A stretch of 64,000 nucleotides of DNA from an uncultured Gammaproteobacteria bacterium. Lineage in GTDB: Bacteria > Patescibacteriota > Microgenomatia > JALYQM01. This document shows positions 59,173 to 64,000 of this stretch, in pieces (position 1 is the stretch's first letter; each line of letters opens with the position of its first letter). The notes beneath the pieces were generated by a model, which saw only the letters and a list, made by a program, of their open reading frames with translations, ran no database searches and was not told the DNA's origin. A program made the translations under genes and the position numbers. The stretch spans positions 52,022-116,021 of the forward strand of contig CAZGHS010000003.1 of NCBI GenBank assembly GCA_964525495.1, in the 5' to 3' direction.

Positions 59173-60746
59173 TGCATATAGAGCATATAGTGCTGAGTTG
59201 TTTCTTTTTTTAAGTCCTGCATTGTTTCCAGACAATTGTTGTAATAGGTCGGAAAAACTTTATTCTCATTGGAATACATTATGATGTTGTAGTTCTCTTG
59301 GTAGACTAGCTTATGAAGCTCAGCGCATTTGGGCTGATAGAATGCTTGAAGATCACGAATATCTACTTGTCCATGCGAGATAAACCCAACAGGGAGGGTA
59401 ATGCCCCAATCAAGTGCAATGAGTTTTGTTTTATTTACTACAAATCTTTGTGTTAGTTGTGTGATCTCGGTTCGTTTCCAGAAAATTTTCATCTTATTAT
59501 CTTTGATTTGCTGACTGAAGTTGGTCAGGATCATGACGTTGGTTGTGACGATTACTATAAGGAGACTGACTATCTGATATTTATATCGGGAGTAGTATTT
59601 TATGAGAAGCATTGCAAGAAGAATGTGTGGTAATGGATAGAGCATCAACATATGATGTGGACCGTTAGCATGGGGTGTCAGGACAATAAAAAACATTATC
59701 GAAAGGGTTAAAAATGCGGTGTAGGTAATCGGATCAAGAAGTGGTTCTGTTTTGCGGTTACGGAACTTTTGGTATAGAGTCTTTGTGCAAAATGGAACAA
59801 TAATACCCGCTATAAGAATACCCGTTATGTTAAGTGCAAAAATGTTTTCCGAAAGTATGTAATTAGGAATACTGGTGCCACTTAAAGTGTAAAAGAGCGT
59901 TGTTATTTTGTTTACTATATTTGAACTATAGTTTGTAAGGAGTGTCAGACTATTTGTTGATTGTGCAGATGTCAGAAGATAGCCTTCGAACTCCTGAAAA
60001 GATTTTTGCGATTCGTAATAGAAAAACGGTCGTTTGAATATAAATAGGAAGAATGGAAGTCCGAAACCAAGACCAAGGAGGAAGTAAGAAATAGTTTGTC
60101 GAAGATTTTTGTAATGAGCTTGATGTATATGATATGTGATCAGCAATGTCGTCGGAAGGATAATCCAGAGAGAGTTTAGCTTGTCCCACAGCAGTAAGCC
60201 GATAGTTGCACCAAAGAGAAACGCTTTTTGGCGAGTGGCATTGTTTGTAATAATTGATGATCCTACGAGAATAAGTATCATTTTAAGAATATTTTGAAGC
60301 GCGACTGGTCCCCAATCAAATGTGCTGGAAAGTATAAAGGATGGATCGCATGCGAGTATGGCTAAGGTAAGTAATGCCGTTTTACGATTAAAATATTTCT
60401 TGGCGTAGAGATAGGTTAAAGCAAGAGTAATCGCGCCGCACGCTATGGTCATGACACGAAGCGTTAATAAACTATCTGAAAACAGCAAGAACCCTAAGGA
60501 GAGTAGATACGACTTGAGTGGGCCAACGTAATATAAAATCATAAGTGGTACGGTATGTTCAAGAAATGAAGCTTTCACTACTCTATGCACTTGTGAAATA
60601 TAATCCGGATCGAGGATCTCCTGTGCTGCAACGGCATGCAGAAGTTCATCATAGTAATAACCGACTGACGATATATTCCAAAGTGAAGCAACGGCATATA
60701 CACAATAAATCGTTATAATAAGCCAGTTTTTTGTTATTAGATTCAT
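59169..60746 (-). CDS. GT-C fold (PMT/ArnT-like) membrane glycosyltransferase
   Basis: YYDE motif after the first TM, YVGPLKSY, many TMs. Confidence 0.75.
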   Translation of the reverse strand: MNLITKNWLIITIYCVYAVASLWNISSVGYYYDELLHAVAAQEILDPDYISQVHRVVKASFLEHTVPLMILYYVGPLKSYLLSLGFLLFSDSLLTLRVMTIACGAITLALTYLYAKKYFNRKTALLTLAILACDPSFILSSTFDWGPVALQNILKMILILVGSSIITNNATRQKAFLFGATIGLLLWDKLNSLWIILPTTLLITYHIHQAHYKNLRQTISYFLLGLGFGLPFFLFIFKRPFFYYESQKSFQEFEGYLLTSAQSTNSLTLLTNYSSNIVNKITTLFYTLSGTSIPNYILSENIFALNITGILIAGIIVPFCTKTLYQKFRNRKTEPLLDPITYTAFLTLSIMFFIVLTPHANGPHHMLMLYPLPHILLAMLLIKYYSRYKYQIVSLLIVIVTTNVMILTNFSQQIKDNKMKIFWKRTEITQLTQRFVVNKTKLIALDWGITLPVGFISHGQVDIRDLQAFYQPKCAELHKLVYQENYNIIMYSNENKVFPTYYNNCLETMQDLKKETTQHYMLYMH

Positions 60747-60792
60747 ATTTTATCTGTTTTTATGGTACAATTACGGTATACTTTTTTCTTCT

Positions 60793-61182
60793 ATGAAAAC
60801 TATCCTCGCTGTAGATGACGATGACGCAATATTAGAACTTCTCTCGACGGCGCTCGAGATAGAAGATACTTCGGTGCTGATTGCAAATAACGCAAATCAG
60901 GCATTACAATTGGCTAAGAAGCATACCCCTCATGTTATTTTACTTGATCTGATGATGCCTGAATATGATGGGTTTGAGTTCTATACAATACTTAAACAGG
61001 TTCCTGAGCTTGCACATACAAAATATATTATGTTCACGGCGCAAGGTAGTAAATCTAATTTGTGGGAAAGTATTGATCTTAACTTTGATGACTTTGTTGC
61101 AAAACCCTTTGATTTGACAGAATTAGAAATCCGTATCCGCCACCAACTTCAAAATGAAGAGCCGACTCGTGTGAGACGATAA
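60793..61182 (+). CDS. Single-domain response regulator (receiver)
   Basis: VDDD, LLDLMMPEYDG, FTA, KPF. Confidence 0.9.
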   Translation: MKTILAVDDDDAILELLSTALEIEDTSVLIANNANQALQLAKKHTPHVILLDLMMPEYDGFEFYTILKQVPELAHTKYIMFTAQGSKSNLWESIDLNFDDFVAKPFDLTELEIRIRHQLQNEEPTRVRR

Positions 61183-61183
61183 T

Positions 61184-61519
61184 ATGCGCCACTATTCCCT
61201 TTCTTCCTGCGAACTATATGTAATGGAAAATCTTGTGGAGAAATGCAGAGGAGTTATCGGACGCACTGATCTTTTGAATAAAGGGGCAATACTGATTCCT
61301 TCGTGCAACTGGGTGCATTCATTTTTTGTAGAGAAACCTTTACATATATTCTTTCTCTCCGATGATTACTCAAAGATCCTGCATACGGAGAGATTAAGTC
61401 CTAACAGAATTTCACACCCACATCCTGACGCAGCTCATGTTCTTGAAACATTAACTACTCATTCCCAAGAAAGTGTTGATTTGGTTTTGTCATTTTTACA
61501 TTCAGATAATTTTCAGTGA
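61184..61519 (+). CDS. DUF192-like protein
   Basis: RG.IGR...A.LIP.CN.VH.FF...L.I.FL...HVLE pattern. Confidence 0.65.
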   Translation: MRHYSLSSCELYVMENLVEKCRGVIGRTDLLNKGAILIPSCNWVHSFFVEKPLHIFFLSDDYSKILHTERLSPNRISHPHPDAAHVLETLTTHSQESVDLVLSFLHSDNFQ

Positions 61520-61587
61520 TCTACTCTTGACCAAGTAGAATTTTTGCTATAGTATGTAATACGTATATTCGCTAACTCAACAAACGT

Positions 61588-62514
61588 ATGATACAAGTTT
61601 CTCATCTCAACAAATCCTATGCGGGCAATCCGATACTGAAAGATATTTCCTTTACAATTGATAAGGGTGAAATCATTGGATTTTTGGGACCTAACGGCGC
61701 AGGTAAAACTACGACGATGCGTATTATCACAGGCTACCTCCCTCCTACTTCTGGCTTTGTCAAAATTGGTGGACAGGATGTAGTAGAAAACTCGTTGCAG
61801 GCTCGTAGGAAAATTGGTTATTTGCCAGAGCACGTGCCACTTTATCTTGATTTAAATGTTGATGAGTACTTGTTGTTTTTTGCTCGAATAATGAGAGTTC
61901 CTGGTAAAGAGTTCAAGAATGAACTTGCTCGGGTAAAGGAGCGCACGGGGCTTACCGCTGTTTCAAAAAAATTAATTGGATCTTTGTCTCGAGGTTATCG
62001 TCAGCGCGTCGGATTGGCACAAGCTTTGATTGGCAATCCTGAGGTATTAATCCTGGACGAACCGACTGTTGGTTTAGATCCGGTGCAGATCATTGAGATT
62101 CGTGAATTGATTAAAGATCTCGCAAAACATCAAACAGTAATTTTGAGTACGCATATCTTGCCTGAAGTTAGTCAGATTTGTAGCCGTGTCCTTATTATAA
62201 ATAAGGGAGCGATTATTGCCGACAGTAGTGTGCATGATCTTACTCAGAAAGATAAAACACGAAGTAAATTATTAGTGACTGTTGGTGGCAAGATCGAGGA
62301 AGCTCTCAAGTCAATTCGTTCAGTCAACGGCATAACTCGTTCAGACAGTGTGCGCGATGGTGATGAGCATGTCATCACTGTTGAATCGCAATCTGATGTA
62401 CGTCATCAATTATTGAAGAAACTTATTGATACAAATATTGATATTCGTGAATTTCGTAGTGAAAAGATTGATCTTGAAAGTATATTCCTTAAACTTGTAA
62501 CGGAAGAGAAATAA
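61588..62514 (+). CDS. ABC transporter ATP-binding protein (GldA-like)
   Basis: GPNGAGKTT, LSRGYRQRVGLAQA, LDEPT.GLDP.Q, STHIL.EV. Confidence 0.92.
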   Translation: MIQVSHLNKSYAGNPILKDISFTIDKGEIIGFLGPNGAGKTTTMRIITGYLPPTSGFVKIGGQDVVENSLQARRKIGYLPEHVPLYLDLNVDEYLLFFARIMRVPGKEFKNELARVKERTGLTAVSKKLIGSLSRGYRQRVGLAQALIGNPEVLILDEPTVGLDPVQIIEIRELIKDLAKHQTVILSTHILPEVSQICSRVLIINKGAIIADSSVHDLTQKDKTRSKLLVTVGGKIEEALKSIRSVNGITRSDSVRDGDEHVITVESQSDVRHQLLKKLIDTNIDIREFRSEKIDLESIFLKLVTEEK

Positions 62515-62515
62515 T

Positions 62516-63220
62516 ATGAGAAATATTGGTGCAGTGTATTTAAAAGAACTTCGATCGTATTTTAGCTCATCAGTAGCTTATATTTCGATTGCGCTGTTCT
62601 TAATTATCGGTGGGTTTTTCTTTTACTCCATTACTGTGGTGTCTAAGTCTGCATCTCTTGAGTATTCTCTATCCAACCTGGTTATAATTCTTATTTTTCT
62701 TATGCCTTTGGTTAGCATGCGGCTTTTATCTGAAGAAAAAAAGAGCGGGACATTGGAGTTGTTGCTTACCCGCCCTATTAAGGAAATTGAGATCGTATTA
62801 GGGAAGTTTTTTGCATCCGCTACAGTGTTGTTGGCAATGATACTTCCAACGGGACTCTACGGGGTGATTTTGTCACTAGTATCTAAGCCTGATATTTTGC
62901 CGATGGTTACTCAATATCTTTCGCTTTATCTGGTGGGGCTTTCATTTTTAGCACTCGGACTTTTCGCATCATCACTGACAGAAAATCAGATTATCGCTGC
63001 GGCCATATCGTTTACCTTTATTTTGATAATGTGGCTTTTGACTTGGATAACAGGTTCTATGGGACCTGATAATATTATCGGATATTTCGCTATTTCAAGC
63101 CACTTTGAAGATTTAAATAAAGGCGTCGTTGATGCGCGTGATATTATCTTTTACTTGTCGTTTATTGTTTTCTGGATTTATTTAACATCTAAAGTACTCG
63201 ATACAAAGCGATGGATATAA
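62516..63220 (+). CDS. ABC-2 permease (GldF-like)
   Basis: KELRSYF.S..AY, EEKKSGTLELLLT.P, TENQIIA. Confidence 0.88.
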   Translation: MRNIGAVYLKELRSYFSSSVAYISIALFLIIGGFFFYSITVVSKSASLEYSLSNLVIILIFLMPLVSMRLLSEEKKSGTLELLLTRPIKEIEIVLGKFFASATVLLAMILPTGLYGVILSLVSKPDILPMVTQYLSLYLVGLSFLALGLFASSLTENQIIAAAISFTFILIMWLLTWITGSMGPDNIIGYFAISSHFEDLNKGVVDARDIIFYLSFIVFWIYLTSKVLDTKRWI

Positions 63221-63221
63221 T

Positions 63222-64000
63222 ATGAAACTGAAATTTGATTTTAAAACTATTCGTGATCGTGCTCTTGGTGTAATAAAAGGAATGCCTGGACAAGCGGGCA
63301 ATGCTTTAAAGTCTCGCCAAACACAATATGGTAGCCATAGTTTTATTTCTATATTGGTAGTTGCAGCAATACTTGTTATTTTGAATCTTATAGCCAAAAA
63401 CGCAGGGCTTCGATGGGACACAACGAAGAACCAGGTATATTCTCTCTCTAAGGAAACTATTGAAACAATAAAAAAAGTTAAAGAGCCAATTAAAGTATAT
63501 GCGTTTTTTGAGCCAGGTGCTGAAGTTGAGGCAATGAAGTTGCTCAAGGAATATTCTTCTCGCAATCAAAATATCAAACCTGAGTTTATAGATTTGTATT
63601 CTAAAGGTGAGTTGGCTGCACAGTATGGTATTCGTAGACCAAACACTGTAGTGTTTGTGCAAGGCAATAAGCAAGAAGAAACACTGTCTCCGACTGAAGC
63701 GGAGTTTACGTCAATACTTATCCGATTGCAGGATCAGCGTAAAGTTAATGTTGTCTTCTGGACAGGAAATGGTGAAAAAGATCCTGACGCTGAGGATGAA
63801 TCTGGTTTTAGTGAAGTAAAGAATACGTTAGCTCGAATGAATTATGTAGTAACCAAGCAGGATGCATTGAAGGATCCGACTGTTGCATCAGATACAGGTA
63901 TTTTGGTTATAGCTGGTCCACAAACTCCGTACTCTTCTCGTCAAATTGAAGCGTTGAACGCATATTTAGGCCGAGGCGGACGAGCTTTTGTAATGCTTGA
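63222..64000 (+). CDS. GldG-like ABC auxiliary protein (3' end outside window)
   Basis: Own translation: TM, RWDTTKNQVYSLSKET, FWTGNGEKD, LVIAGPQ; open to the window edge. Confidence 0.85.
   Translation, partial: MKLKFDFKTIRDRALGVIKGMPGQAGNALKSRQTQYGSHSFISILVVAAILVILNLIAKNAGLRWDTTKNQVYSLSKETIETIKKVKEPIKVYAFFEPGAEVEAMKLLKEYSSRNQNIKPEFIDLYSKGELAAQYGIRRPNTVVFVQGNKQEETLSPTEAEFTSILIRLQDQRKVNVVFWTGNGEKDPDAEDESGFSEVKNTLARMNYVVTKQDALKDPTVASDTGILVIAGPQTPYSSRQIEALNAYLGRGGRAFVML

Overview
This 64-kb window is compact bacterial chromosome of roughly 40% GC (by eye) using the standard genetic code. Gene content points to a Patescibacteria/CPR organism, probably Microgenomates-like (inference): rpsB-tsf-frr lacks pyrH, rpsP-khpA-trmD lacks rimM, the type IV pilus locus has no PilQ, and there is a membrane-anchored Clp ATPase. 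Most genes are housekeeping (eno, dnaB, lgt/lspA, rpsB/tsf/frr, thrS, infC-rpmI-rplT, pheST, tyrS, recG, rnc, gyrBA, a Xer recombinase, pgi). It also holds 2 tRNAs, a T-box leader, a 13-kb type IV pilus locus and a GldA/F/G-like ABC system. No CRISPR, transposase, prophage or reverse transcriptase is visible. The main unexplained signals are non-coding. (1) Two unrelated families of dispersed hairpin elements (A: 4502-4587 and 11891-11977; B: 819-962 and 14143-14291) have conserved cores but outer stems that differ per copy while staying self-complementary. (2) An 11-6-11 dif-like site upstream of the xer gene has a duplicated half-site and long inverted arms enclosing about 340 bp. (3) Many genes show leaderless-type promoters. 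Protein-level oddities include a CUG-start infC, a 39-aa L32 with no zinc ribbon, a TyrS HIGH motif reading QLHH, an Lgt missing conserved residues, a GyrA with S83I/A84P-equivalent residues and a repeat-bounded insertion, and an unannotated 33-aa membrane peptide.
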